From a virus (Duplodnaviria > Caudoviricetes): a stretch of DNA of 59,580 nt. Below, piece by piece: positions 47,086 through 56,026 of this stretch (position 1 is the stretch's first letter; each line of letters opens with the position of its first letter). The notes below the pieces were generated by a model, which saw only the letters and a program-made list of their open reading frames with translations, was not told where the DNA came from and did not search any database. The translations under genes were made by a program, and so were the position numbers. Location of the stretch: positions 1 through 59,580 of the IMG/VR virus record IMGVR_UViG_3300046167_000203; one strand, written 5' to 3'.

Positions 47086-47712
47086 AGATCCAAACCCAAC
47101 TTGGTTATCATCAAAACTAGCAAGAGTATTGTCACTCATTACAGGTTTCGCCATTGGAAGAGGTGGCATTACTTTCTTGTTAGATGGGAAATTTATATTA
47201 ATGGGAATAGCATTAGGAGAACCTTCTGGTATTCTCATCCCACCATACATCCTTGCCGCACCATATAAACTAGTACCTAAACCTTTATCGATTATATTAG
47301 ATGGAGACAACCTAGACATTACATCACCAAATGTAGGTTGTTTATTCATCGGTCTGCCATACTCATCTTGTAAATTAAAATCATAAGTATCATTCACAGA
47401 GAAGCTACCATCAGGTAATACATCAACATTGAATTGACCTAGTATAGTTTTTAAAGCACCAACGTCTGAAAATTTGCTACCTGATCCACTGACAACATTA
47501 CCTTCTTTAAAGTAATTATTTAAATCCTTATATGTTACTGGATAATTCCCAGGTTCTTTATTAGAATAATTAGCCTGTAAGAATTCTAAAAGTTTAGCTT
47601 TGACACCCTCATTGAAGTCCTCATTAGTATACTGTTTTGTTTGCATACTCTCTGGTAAATAAGAGTTACCCATTGCATTTAAGTAAGTGGATAGTTGTCC
47701 AAAGTTTGCCAT
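47065..47712 (-). CDS. Hypothetical protein
   Basis: 215-aa ORF at the end of the late operon. Confidence 0.7.
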   Translation of the reverse strand: MANFGQLSTYLNAMGNSYLPESMQTKQYTNEDFNEGVKAKLLEFLQANYSNKEPGNYPVTYKDLNNYFKEGNVVSGSGSKFSDVGALKTILGQFNVDVLPDGSFSVNDTYDFNLQDEYGRPMNKQPTFGDVMSRLSPSNIIDKGLGTSLYGAARMYGGMRIPEGSPNAIPININFPSNKKVMPPLPMAKPVMSDNTLASFDDNQVGFGSLRKPSL

Positions 47713-48113
47713 TATTTCTTTTTCCTTTTAGCAAATGTTTTTACGTTTGTGGGTTTACCGCCTACTCCTTGAGTCTTAGATCTTTTTCTTTTAACTGCAC
47801 TTTTCTTTTGTGCCGTGGTCATTCTCTTGGCTTTGGCTAGGGGAACACACTTTGGATAAGCTCTACCATCTCCCTTTTTTCTACCACAAGGTTGGAACTT
47901 TCCATTCTTTTTAGGGGCACCAATGTCCACCCATTTTTCTTTAACCCACTTACGAAGACCACTCATCTTTTTCTTAGCTTTCTTTTTTTTCTTGCCCCCG
48001 ACTTTGATTCTGCCAGAGCAGACTCCTGCACCATACATATTTCCATACGCTGATGGATATACCTTGAACTTTCTCTTTGCCGCAGCCTTACCTTTCGCAC
48101 ATAACTTTGCCAT
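47712..48113 (-). CDS. Lys-rich, Cys-containing hypothetical protein
   Basis: KVYPSAY...CSG / GLRKWVKEKWVDIG...CGR...YPKCVP motifs common in marine phages. Confidence 0.75.
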   Translation of the reverse strand: MAKLCAKGKAAAKRKFKVYPSAYGNMYGAGVCSGRIKVGGKKKKKAKKKMSGLRKWVKEKWVDIGAPKKNGKFQPCGRKKGDGRAYPKCVPLAKAKRMTTAQKKSAVKRKRSKTQGVGGKPTNVKTFAKRKKK

Positions 48114-48514
48114 TATTTTTTACCTTTCAACATTTTTGCTGCTTGACCAACACCCTTAATTCCGAACGATGCAGAGATTGCTATATATAAAAGGTATTGA
48201 TACCAATCGGGTAGGGTGGCTAGTATCTGAAAACCTTCTCTTACATATTCTCTCATTCCTGGAATGAAGACTAAAATTGCGGGAGCTAGTAGGACACATA
48301 ATGCGAACTCGTCTTTCCAAGAATCCACTGTAGCATCAGCCATCTTGCCTTCCCATTCGACTTGACCTGTTGCGACTTTCTCTGCAACAGAAGCACGAGC
48401 TCTTGCCTCTGCCACTTTAGCTTCTCCATCTGCTTTTGTTTTAGCAACTTTGTTTTCAAACCAAGTACCTGCTAAATTAGCTAAAGGACCTATTATCGCT
48501 GTGAGCATTTGCAT
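48113..48514 (-). CDS. Putative holin (3TM/GTA-like)
   Basis: SWKDEF...TM...LPDWYQYLLYIAISASFGIK, basic C-terminus; possible dual start MQM. Confidence 0.65.
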   Translation of the reverse strand: MQMLTAIIGPLANLAGTWFENKVAKTKADGEAKVAEARARASVAEKVATGQVEWEGKMADATVDSWKDEFALCVLLAPAILVFIPGMREYVREGFQILATLPDWYQYLLYIAISASFGIKGVGQAAKMLKGKK

Positions 48515-48639
48515 TCCTTTCTTTTAAACTTGCTGTCTATCCAAACTTTTCCGTAGTAAAGAACAAACAACCAGACTGTAAATAGGGTGCCTTCTAAATA
48601 ACTAAGTTCATGCCATGCATCTAATACTGTACTATCCAT
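48493..48639 (-). CDS. Small single-TM protein
   Basis: 48 aa MDSTVLDAWHELSYLEGTLFTVWLFVLYYG; below the track cutoff. Confidence 0.55.
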   Translation of the reverse strand: MDSTVLDAWHELSYLEGTLFTVWLFVLYYGKVWIDSKFKRKECKCSQR

Positions 48640-48794
48640 TATCTACCTACTTTCTTCATTGCTATCTTGTGGGCTTGGGTGAAAGTTTTACCTTGCAGCA
48701 TTAACTTCTTCATCTCAGACATATGTCTAGGTGTATGATGTCTGGAATGTGTCTGCATAGTCTGCTCTTGTCTCTTTGTTAATTGTTTCTTCAT
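48639..48794 (-). CDS. Small basic His/Met-rich protein
   Basis: MKKQLTKRQ...HSRHHTPRHM...GKTFTQAHKIAMKKVGR. Confidence 0.7.
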   Translation of the reverse strand: MKKQLTKRQEQTMQTHSRHHTPRHMSEMKKLMLQGKTFTQAHKIAMKKVGR

Positions 48795-49000
48795 GTTAAT
48801 TTTCCTTCTGCTATACGAGTACATCTCCACTTAACTGCTCTGTAACCTCTAAGATATAGTGGAACTTCTGAAGCTATTTCTAATGCTCTATTTTTACAGG
48901 CATCTAAAGTTTGATATACAACTGGATACTGTATATTTTCTAATATCTGACAGTTGTTTGGGTTGCCTATGAGACAGGCGATGACTAGACATTTAAACAT
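48791..49000 (-). CDS. Small secreted Cys-containing protein
   Basis: 69 aa, hydrophobic N-terminus with spaced Cys. Confidence 0.65.
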   Translation of the reverse strand: MFKCLVIACLIGNPNNCQILENIQYPVVYQTLDACKNRALEIASEVPLYLRGYRAVKWRCTRIAEGKLT

Positions 49001-49001
49001 T

Positions 49002-49760
49002 CTATTTTGCTATGCTCCTCAAACTCTCCATCACTTTATCTATTGATGGTTCTTTATCGTTTAATCTTCTATATTGACAACGGAATTGCTTAGGACATCC
49101 CACTCTTATGTCTGCAAAATCTAAAGTAAATTTTCTGTTAGCACCCTCATAGATACAGGCTAATTTACCTTTATAGACTTTTTGTTTTTTCAATCGGCAG
49201 GTTGTTAGGACAGGGGGTTTTACAGTACCATTATTAATCTGTTGATTTCTGGTATAGTCTTTAGGTGCATTATACATTTTTCCTTTTGCATATGCCTTTA
49301 CAGTTACAACTAATGCACCAAAGATTAAGCCAACGGCTATACATGAGTAACCAACCCATTTAAGTATTTCCATTATTTCTTCTTGTTGTTTTCTAGCTTG
49401 AATTCTTTGCTGACGTTGTGCTTCTTTAGCTTGATTAATTCTGTCTGCTCTTTCAGAAATAATCTGATCCCATGTAGTAGGTCCAAATCTCATATTAATC
49501 ATGAACTTTAGCTCTTCACGGGACTCGTTTAACAAAGCTCTGTCAATAAAATCTGAAGCACTTGAATCAACTGAACCAAACTGTTCGGCTATAGACATGC
49601 CTCGACCAGACTTTTTATTCATTTCAGTCTCGCCTTGGAAAAACCCATCGATCTGTTTAGCTATGTCTTTAATATCGTTGCAAGTCCCAATGTTTTCCTT
49701 AATAAAGGAAACGCTTGCTTTAACTAAACTAATACCTGTGAGAATTTCTGCGACAACCAT
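49002..49760 (-). CDS. Membrane protein with coiled coil, TM segment and Cys-rich C-terminus
   Basis: 252 aa; TM WVGYSCIAVGLIFGALVV; four Cys in the C-terminus. Confidence 0.7.
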   Translation of the reverse strand: MVVAEILTGISLVKASVSFIKENIGTCNDIKDIAKQIDGFFQGETEMNKKSGRGMSIAEQFGSVDSSASDFIDRALLNESREELKFMINMRFGPTTWDQIISERADRINQAKEAQRQQRIQARKQQEEIMEILKWVGYSCIAVGLIFGALVVTVKAYAKGKMYNAPKDYTRNQQINNGTVKPPVLTTCRLKKQKVYKGKLACIYEGANRKFTLDFADIRVGCPKQFRCQYRRLNDKEPSIDKVMESLRSIAK

Positions 49761-49764
49761 AACA

Positions 49765-49878
49765 CTATCTCGATCTGGTTGCCGCTTGTTTTGTTCTGAC
49801 AGATTTGATGTAACGTCTCCAACACCAGTTACCTATTTTTAAAATAACTTTAGCTATGTTAAACCAAACTGTACCCAT
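49765..49878 (-). CDS. Small amphipathic basic peptide
   Basis: 37 aa MGTVWFNIAKVILKIGNWCWRRYIKSVR... Confidence 0.45.
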   Translation of the reverse strand: MGTVWFNIAKVILKIGNWCWRRYIKSVRTKQAATRSR

Positions 49879-49941
49879 GATTAGTAACCCTTTTTCTTTA
49901 TAGGCTTCTTAATTTTTTTAGTGCCTTTCATCTTCATCATT

Positions 49942-50403
49942 TTAAGTCTCCGATTTTACAAAGTTAGGTGAGTTGTCTTCTGCCCCATGCCACCATTCAA
50001 GTACATTAAATGACGGACATTCTTTAGTTACATTAGGTAAATCTTTATGACCCATTGGTTGTGCCCATTCGTATTGAGCCATGAGATCCTCAACTACTTC
50101 TTTTAGTGAAGACATCTGAGCATCTGTGAAATTGTTTTCAGCTTTGTTATCTTTGCCTTTACCACCAACCAGACAGACACCAACACTAACGCTGTTGAAA
50201 CCTGCTGCATGTGCTCCAGACACGTTCAAGTCTCTGCCATCTTCAACAGTTCCGTCACGTCTGATAACTTTATGATAGCCAATGTCTGACCATCCTCTTT
50301 CTTCAACGTGCCATTTTCTAATGTCTTCGGCACCTATATCCATGTCCTCATATGTGTCTGCACAATGTATGACAATGTGAGTGGTTGAAGTTCTCATCTT
50401 CAT
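49942..50403 (-). CDS. N-acetylmuramoyl-L-alanine amidase endolysin (T7 lysozyme-like)
   Basis: IVIHC, WSDIGYH, GAHAAG.N..SVGVCLVGG, GH.D...KECP. Confidence 0.93.
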   Translation of the reverse strand: MKMRTSTTHIVIHCADTYEDMDIGAEDIRKWHVEERGWSDIGYHKVIRRDGTVEDGRDLNVSGAHAAGFNSVSVGVCLVGGKGKDNKAENNFTDAQMSSLKEVVEDLMAQYEWAQPMGHKDLPNVTKECPSFNVLEWWHGAEDNSPNFVKSET

Positions 50404-50694
50404 TTAACATCTCCATCTTTTTCTTGCTTGTCGTAAACGACTGTTAGGGTTCTTCGCTGCTTTAGGGAACTTCTTCATTTGTCCCGCACTTCTTGCACAG
50501 TATGACTTTCTTCTCTTAGCGGCTGTGCTTCCTTTTTTAACTTTGCCTGTAACGGCAGTCTTTAACTTAGACCCAGGATTATCCCTGCGGTATTTAGCCA
50601 CACCCTTTTTTGTCATACCCGCACCATCTTTGGTCTTACGTTTATGACCACCACCAATAGTGTGACCTTTCATTGTTCCTTTTTTCTTAGCCAT
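50404..50694 (-). CDS. Highly basic conserved phage protein (DUF6321-like)
   Basis: GMTKKGVAKYRRDNPGSKLK...RRKSYCARS...RKRWRC. Confidence 0.75.
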   Translation of the reverse strand: MAKKKGTMKGHTIGGGHKRKTKDGAGMTKKGVAKYRRDNPGSKLKTAVTGKVKKGSTAAKRRKSYCARSAGQMKKFPKAAKNPNSRLRQARKRWRC

Positions 50695-50920
50695 GCTTTG
50701 ATATCAAGTTGTCTAACTTGTCCTCTAATCTATGCAAGGTCTCAAAGATACGAGTTGATTGATCTCTTAAATCATCTTTGGTTGCATAGGTTTCTCGTGT
50801 CTGATTTAAAAGTATTTGGACACGATTTAATTCATTAACAGTTTTGTTAAAGATCCAACCAAATGGAACTAGAACCATTGTTAAAATTACATTCCAAAAT
50901 AACATTGCATCTATTTCCAT
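50687..50920 (-). CDS. Small N-terminal TM plus coiled-coil protein
   Basis: 77 aa, TM then TRETYATKDDL...RLEDKLD. Confidence 0.7.
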   Translation of the reverse strand: MEIDAMLFWNVILTMVLVPFGWIFNKTVNELNRVQILLNQTRETYATKDDLRDQSTRIFETLHRLEDKLDNLISKHG

Positions 50921-50993
50921 TATCTACCTTCTTATTTGTTGTCTTATTGTAACATAAAAGTCTATGTCTGTGTCTGGCTTTAGTTAAATTTTT

Positions 50994-51509
50994 TTAACCT
51001 TTTATTTCCATTAAAGTCATCATTGCATTTCGTATTGTCATTCCATTTCCAAATTGATATCTTGATTGTAAATTATATGTAACTGCTGACGTTGAGTTAG
51101 GTGAATCTAAAAAAGATATATTGTGGTCGATTGCTTGATATTTAGTAGAGCTGACATTATCTCTTTGATAAAAAAAGTTATTTCCTGCTATGTGAGTAGA
51201 ACCTCTTAATAATCTACTTGAACTTTGTGGTCCATCATATGATGTTCCAGAAGTTATATAACAATTTATAGAAGCAATAATTAATATATTAGATGAAGTG
51301 CTTGATGGTGTAATTGCTTGCGAAACAAATGTTGTAAAAGCAGTTGAGCCACTAGTAGATCCGCTTGTAATGTTATTGTTATTGTGAATTGTTTGTAAGA
51401 CCATACCATCAGAAAACAAATTTGAAGGCATTTTACCCATTGGTATTGTAGGTAAATTAGCACTTGGAAGAGTTGGCTGACCAGTAAAATTCAATTTCGT
51501 TAATGCCAT
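50994..51509 (-). CDS. Tail-fibre-associated beta-domain protein (paralogue 1)
   Basis: GMVLQ...ITPSSTSSNILI...DSPNSTSAVTY...MEIKG. Confidence 0.7.
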   Translation of the reverse strand: MALTKLNFTGQPTLPSANLPTIPMGKMPSNLFSDGMVLQTIHNNNNITSGSTSGSTAFTTFVSQAITPSSTSSNILIIASINCYITSGTSYDGPQSSSRLLRGSTHIAGNNFFYQRDNVSSTKYQAIDHNISFLDSPNSTSAVTYNLQSRYQFGNGMTIRNAMMTLMEIKG

Positions 51510-51520
51510 ATTATGGTTCC

Positions 51521-51925
51521 TTAGCTTGGTTTAGTTGGAAAAGTCACATTCCCTAATACACCATCAGTTAAAGTTGGACTTGCACCTGAAGGTAAATCTC
51601 TTAACGATTGTCTGTACGATGCCATATCATCTGCCATTGTGACATCAGATAAAGCATAAAAATCAGTGTCAGCTAATAAAGCATCTCTCTGTTTTCTTAA
51701 CTCAACCATTGGCTCTGCATTTGTCAATTCAGTAACCTTTGCGGAAACTGCACTCCATGTAGTACCAAAGTCTGATGGATTGGAACTGAGAATACCTGAG
51801 CCATTCTCATCTGTCCCAGTGACTTTTTTAAATTGAGCATTGAATTCTGCTTCAGACGTTGGGTTGCCTGACAGTGACCATTCATCAATATTCAATGCCA
51901 TCAAAGCATCTGTTACATTTGCCAT
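51521..51925 (-). CDS. Tail fibre assembly chaperone-like protein
   Basis: LRKQRDALLADTDF...YRQSLRDLP...FPTKP. Confidence 0.75.
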   Translation of the reverse strand: MANVTDALMALNIDEWSLSGNPTSEAEFNAQFKKVTGTDENGSGILSSNPSDFGTTWSAVSAKVTELTNAEPMVELRKQRDALLADTDFYALSDVTMADDMASYRQSLRDLPSGASPTLTDGVLGNVTFPTKPS

Positions 51926-51962
51926 TTTATTTTCCTTTCTAAAAAATGTTTATGACTTAAAA

Positions 51963-52460
51963 TTATCCTGCTATCTCTGTTGCTGTAAAAAATAACCCAG
52001 TTTCAGGTCTATTCAATTGAACTTGATTACTGTTTCCAGTTCTAAAATAAATAGTGTAAGTGACTTGACTTGTTGTGCTAGGACTATCTAAAATCTCCAT
52101 TGAACCATTACCATATCTATTTTGTCCATTATCATTATGAACGTAAAATAGAGTACTTGCATTTCCAACACCTAAATTAGTGCTTCCTCTATAAATAGTT
52201 GCATAAATATCATCATTTCGTATCATATAAAATCCACCTATATTTGCTCTTAAAAGAACTTTAGATGAAGTAGCTACTGGAGTTATATTTATAGCAATAC
52301 CAGAGGTTACATAAGATGTACTTGTAGTTGCTACTGATACAGCAGAATTAGTTTGTATTACTTGCAATACACTTCCAGTAACATTTAAACCTAAATCGGA
52401 TGCTTTTGGGACAGAATCATTTACTTTTTTTATTGTATCTACTTTAAGAATTGATGCCAT
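51963..52460 (-). CDS. Tail-fibre-associated beta-domain protein (paralogue 2)
   Basis: GSVLQV...ITPVATSSKVL...DSPSTTSQVTY...EIAG. Confidence 0.7.
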   Translation of the reverse strand: MASILKVDTIKKVNDSVPKASDLGLNVTGSVLQVIQTNSAVSVATTSTSYVTSGIAINITPVATSSKVLLRANIGGFYMIRNDDIYATIYRGSTNLGVGNASTLFYVHNDNGQNRYGNGSMEILDSPSTTSQVTYTIYFRTGNSNQVQLNRPETGLFFTATEIAG

Positions 52461-52461
52461 A

Positions 52462-53007
52462 TTAACCTCCTATCTCTGTGGCTGATATGAAGCTAATACC
52501 TCTTTCATGTGAAGTATTGTCTATATCATCTCGTGTCCTATTAACATAAATCTGATAAGAACCAATTGTAAGAACCCCAACCTTGTAAGTAATTTGACTA
52601 GTTGTTGCAGGTGAATCAAAATAACTATAACTAGCTTTCTCAGCAGTACTACCATTATTAGCAACATCAATACTAATTGTTGATATTGAAATACCACATG
52701 TTCTGTTTCCTGATTGTACATGGGCTAATTTAGTAGAATCTCTATAAAAAAACCAAACAGCATTATAAGCTGCTGCTTGATTACTCCACTCGTGAAATAT
52801 ATGAGTGTCTAATTTAATTATAGATGATGTGCTTTTAGGTGTTATATTTACTGTTAAAACATCTATAACTGTATCTGTATTGGAAGATAAACTATAATTA
52901 GTTGTGTCAACATATTGTGTGAAAGGCATTTGCAACACAGCACCAGTAATATAAGGAGTGTCAGTACCTGCGGCATTTGTTATTGTGTCTACAGCTAAAG
53001 TGCTCAT
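52462..53007 (-). CDS. Tail-fibre-associated beta-domain protein (paralogue 3)
   Basis: GAVLQ...ITPKSTSSIIK...DSPATTSQITY...EIGG. Confidence 0.7.
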   Translation of the reverse strand: MSTLAVDTITNAAGTDTPYITGAVLQMPFTQYVDTTNYSLSSNTDTVIDVLTVNITPKSTSSIIKLDTHIFHEWSNQAAAYNAVWFFYRDSTKLAHVQSGNRTCGISISTISIDVANNGSTAEKASYSYFDSPATTSQITYKVGVLTIGSYQIYVNRTRDDIDNTSHERGISFISATEIGG

Positions 53008-53543
53008 TGTGCTATCTCCATTGCGGTAAAAGTACTAAGTCTAGTATAATTTAAAAAATATGCGGGGTCAGTACCAGTACTTTTTCCCCACAAAGAATAA
53101 GTTCTTGAAGTGGTAGAACCAACAACATCAGTTAAAAAATTTATACTTTGTATGGATTCAAAACTACTTCCACCTGCATTATACATCCCACCAAATCCAT
53201 TAGATAAAGAGGTTACAAAGGCTGAATCAGCACTACTATAAATATTTAAAGCTACTTGACCTCCATTAACAATCGTAAGAAACACATTTAATGTTAATAA
53301 TATTTTACTAGTAGATGATGTAGGAGTTATACTTACTGAAAATCCAGTATTAAGAAAATTGTTAGAACTAGTATTGACCAGACTGTTTGACGTGTTTTGA
53401 ATAACTTGCATCACCATTCCTGGAGCAACTAAAGAACCTTGATCTGTTGCTATAATTTTTTGACCAGATCCTAATAAAACTTGATTTGTATTTGCACCAG
53501 AGGTTGGACCTTGTAAATTTTGTACTTGTAAAGTTGATGTCAT
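53004..53543 (-). CDS. Tail-fibre-associated beta-domain protein (paralogue 4)
   Basis: GMVMQV...ITPTSSTSKILL...STTSRTY...MEIAQ. Confidence 0.7.
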   Translation of the reverse strand: MTSTLQVQNLQGPTSGANTNQVLLGSGQKIIATDQGSLVAPGMVMQVIQNTSNSLVNTSSNNFLNTGFSVSITPTSSTSKILLTLNVFLTIVNGGQVALNIYSSADSAFVTSLSNGFGGMYNAGGSSFESIQSINFLTDVVGSTTSRTYSLWGKSTGTDPAYFLNYTRLSTFTAMEIAQ

Positions 53544-54017
53544 TTAAACCACCGTAAATGTTCCATTAACAACAATTGTCACGGAGTTGCTAATTGTGAT
53601 AGGACCCGCCACGAAAGCATTAGATCCAGAAGCTATTGTATGTGAACTCGATATTGTATTTGTATTTACTCTTATAGGAGTAGAACTTAATGCTACACTG
53701 TCTGCCAATTTGTTAGCATTTATTGTGCCGTCAGACACAGTCTGAGCAATACCAGTTTCTCCCATTGATATAATGTAATCTATTACATCTGTGCCATTCA
53801 CAAGTGCAGAAGTAAATGTGATTGTTGCATTGTTGAGATTGTAACTTGTGTTCGGACTTTGAGTAACACCATTGACAGAAACTATTAATGCCTCTGGTTG
53901 TGGCGGTATAAAGTCAGTACCATTAAACTGAAGAGTATAAGAAGCACTACCATTTGGTGTGATAGAATCTAACTTTCTAAATTGTCCTGATAAAGGTTGT
54001 GTTCCAAGTATTGCCAT
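53544..54017 (-). CDS. Tail-fibre-module structural protein
   Basis: LIVSVNGVTQSP...ITFTSA; similar to the N-terminus of 56027..56995. Confidence 0.65.
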   Translation of the reverse strand: MAILGTQPLSGQFRKLDSITPNGSASYTLQFNGTDFIPPQPEALIVSVNGVTQSPNTSYNLNNATITFTSALVNGTDVIDYIISMGETGIAQTVSDGTINANKLADSVALSSTPIRVNTNTISSSHTIASGSNAFVAGPITISNSVTIVVNGTFTVV

Positions 54018-54020
54018 CTC

Positions 54021-54428
54021 TTAATCTCCATCACTAGGTGGGTTACTAAGGTCTGCTTCTTTTGTAACCTCAACCCATGACTTTGTATCTTCATCCCAAC
54101 AAGCTACTTTACCTTCGGGGTATGCAACAGGTGGTCTCCATTGATATGTCGCCTTATCTAATATCCAACTCTCATATGGACTTTCGCAATAAAAAGCATC
54201 TGCCTCACTATCATAATTATAGCCAACTGCTGCATAATTCATTCTTAGTGCTTTTGTTTGATCGTCAGAAAGAATACCACCCTGATTGGGAGCAAGGTGC
54301 TTACCACCAACGGTGTTGTAAGATGTTTTAATCCATTCATCTTTATCTTCTAATGTTTGTATGTAATCATACTTTGCAACAATAACGTCTGTTACAATTC
54401 CATCTTTTACTTTTGCATAATGACCCAT
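54021..54428 (-). CDS. Conserved protein accompanying Gly-rich fibres
   Basis: MGHYAKV...WIKTSYNT...RMNYAAVGYNYD...W..PVAYP. Confidence 0.7.
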   Translation of the reverse strand: MGHYAKVKDGIVTDVIVAKYDYIQTLEDKDEWIKTSYNTVGGKHLAPNQGGILSDDQTKALRMNYAAVGYNYDSEADAFYCESPYESWILDKATYQWRPPVAYPEGKVACWDEDTKSWVEVTKEADLSNPPSDGD

Positions 54429-54436
54429 TTTAAAAC

Positions 54437-55681
54437 CTATAATTCATATCTAAAAATTACGACACCACTTCCACCTGCATAACCTGCAATACCTGCTTTT
54501 GGTCCCCAACCACCTTCGCCAATATGAGCAGTTCCATTTCTACCTGTGTTACCATGATATGTTCCGTTACCACCTTTTCCACCTGCTGAGTAAGTTACAT
54601 TTGTTGATCCGTCGACTATATTAGATGTAAGACCTGCACCTCCACCTGCTCCAGAATTTGTCCAAGCTGCATTACCACCTGCTGCTGAAAATCCACCACC
54701 ACCTGCTGCACCATTATCGTTTTGGTTCAAATTACCAACATAACCACCTATGTTTCCTTGACCTACAATTAATCTACCACCTGCGGATCCGTTTCGTGGG
54801 TTTCCCCCACCACCATTACCACCTGTTAAACCTCCTGCGTGTGATCCATAGCCACCTCTATTACCACCTTTTAAAGTTCCACCATTAAAATGTGTAGTAC
54901 CTAAGTCACCTTGAAAAGTAGATGGTAAAACTGTATCTCCACCAGTTCCGTGTTGAGCAGCACCTGCACCAACAGTTATTGTATAAGAACCTGCTGTAAT
55001 TGAAGATATAGTGTATGATCCAGTAGAGCCACCTCCACCTCCGCCACCTCCACCACCTCCGTAACCATAAGCACCAGATCCCGCTCCACCTGCACAAGCA
55101 ATACATGTAACATTTGATAGAGTTAGTCCTGATGGTACGGTGAGGGTACCTGATGAAGTAAATTTGTGTACTTTGTAGTTTGTTCCACCTGATGAATATG
55201 TTGTAACTGTTCCACCATTTGCAACCCCACCAACTGTAAGGCTTTGAGTAGTGGGTGATGCTGTATTACCAACATCATTATTTTCTATAGAAATAATTAC
55301 TGTTGTACCTATTGATTGACTTTGAACACCTGATGGTGCTGTTGTAGAGGCAGAACCACTAGATACTGAAACGCCATTAGTTCTAGCAATTTCTGTGGTG
55401 CCTACTTTATAAACCACATTAATTGTACTTGTAGTACTCGAAACTGTAAGAGTTAATGTTGTTGCAGTTCCTGTTGTAAGATTACCAGACACAGCACTTA
55501 AAACTGGAATCAAATGAGTCTGCAACCAAGCTGAACCATTCCAAAATTCTATGGATGATAAGGTAGTATTAAATCTAAAATTTCCTGCAATTGGATTACT
55601 TGGTCTTTCAGCGGTTGTCCCTTGAGGTAGTGTAATTCCTTGATCAGGTAGTGACCCATGTACTATTTTTGATAAAGGCAT
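54437..55681 (-). CDS. Glycine-rich tail fibre/spike protein
   Basis: GTTAERP...RFNTT head, HKFTSSGTL, poly-Gly domain ending GGSGVVIFRY. Confidence 0.8.
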   Translation of the reverse strand: MPLSKIVHGSLPDQGITLPQGTTAERPSNPIAGNFRFNTTLSSIEFWNGSAWLQTHLIPVLSAVSGNLTTGTATTLTLTVSSTTSTINVVYKVGTTEIARTNGVSVSSGSASTTAPSGVQSQSIGTTVIISIENNDVGNTASPTTQSLTVGGVANGGTVTTYSSGGTNYKVHKFTSSGTLTVPSGLTLSNVTCIACAGGAGSGAYGYGGGGGGGGGGGSTGSYTISSITAGSYTITVGAGAAQHGTGGDTVLPSTFQGDLGTTHFNGGTLKGGNRGGYGSHAGGLTGGNGGGGNPRNGSAGGRLIVGQGNIGGYVGNLNQNDNGAAGGGGFSAAGGNAAWTNSGAGGGAGLTSNIVDGSTNVTYSAGGKGGNGTYHGNTGRNGTAHIGEGGWGPKAGIAGYAGGSGVVIFRYEL

Positions 55682-55684
55682 AAC

Positions 55685-56017
55685 TTACTCCGTTTCTTTT
55701 GGATTGTCTGTTTTAACTTGAGCAATTCTTGCTTTCCAAGTGTCCAATCCATTTTCATATATTTCATCTAATTGACTCTCCCAAGAACCATATTCAGATT
55801 TTCTTGTTTCAATTATTACTTCATTAGCTTCAGCAAGGTTGGCTACTGTTTCATAAGAAGTTATTTGGTCATCAGTAGGTTTAGTTATATCTAAATTCCA
55901 TTCAGCTATGTATGCACCTTGACCTATATCTTCTAAGATAACATCAGTTAAAAAATTAACTTCATTAACACCATTTGCTTTTGCATATTCTTTTATTTTT
56001 GAATATAATTCTGCCAT
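55685..56017 (-). CDS. XkdW-like / fibre chaperone protein
   Basis: GAYIAEWNL...KPT...RKSEYGSWESQLDEIY...VKTDNPK. Confidence 0.65.
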   Translation of the reverse strand: MAELYSKIKEYAKANGVNEVNFLTDVILEDIGQGAYIAEWNLDITKPTDDQITSYETVANLAEANEVIIETRKSEYGSWESQLDEIYENGLDTWKARIAQVKTDNPKETE

Positions 56018-56026
56018 TTTATTTTC

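Noticed and set aside
50994-53543. Diversity-generating retroelement acting on the fibre paralogues
   Set aside because: No reverse transcriptase and no near-identical template/variable repeat pair seen
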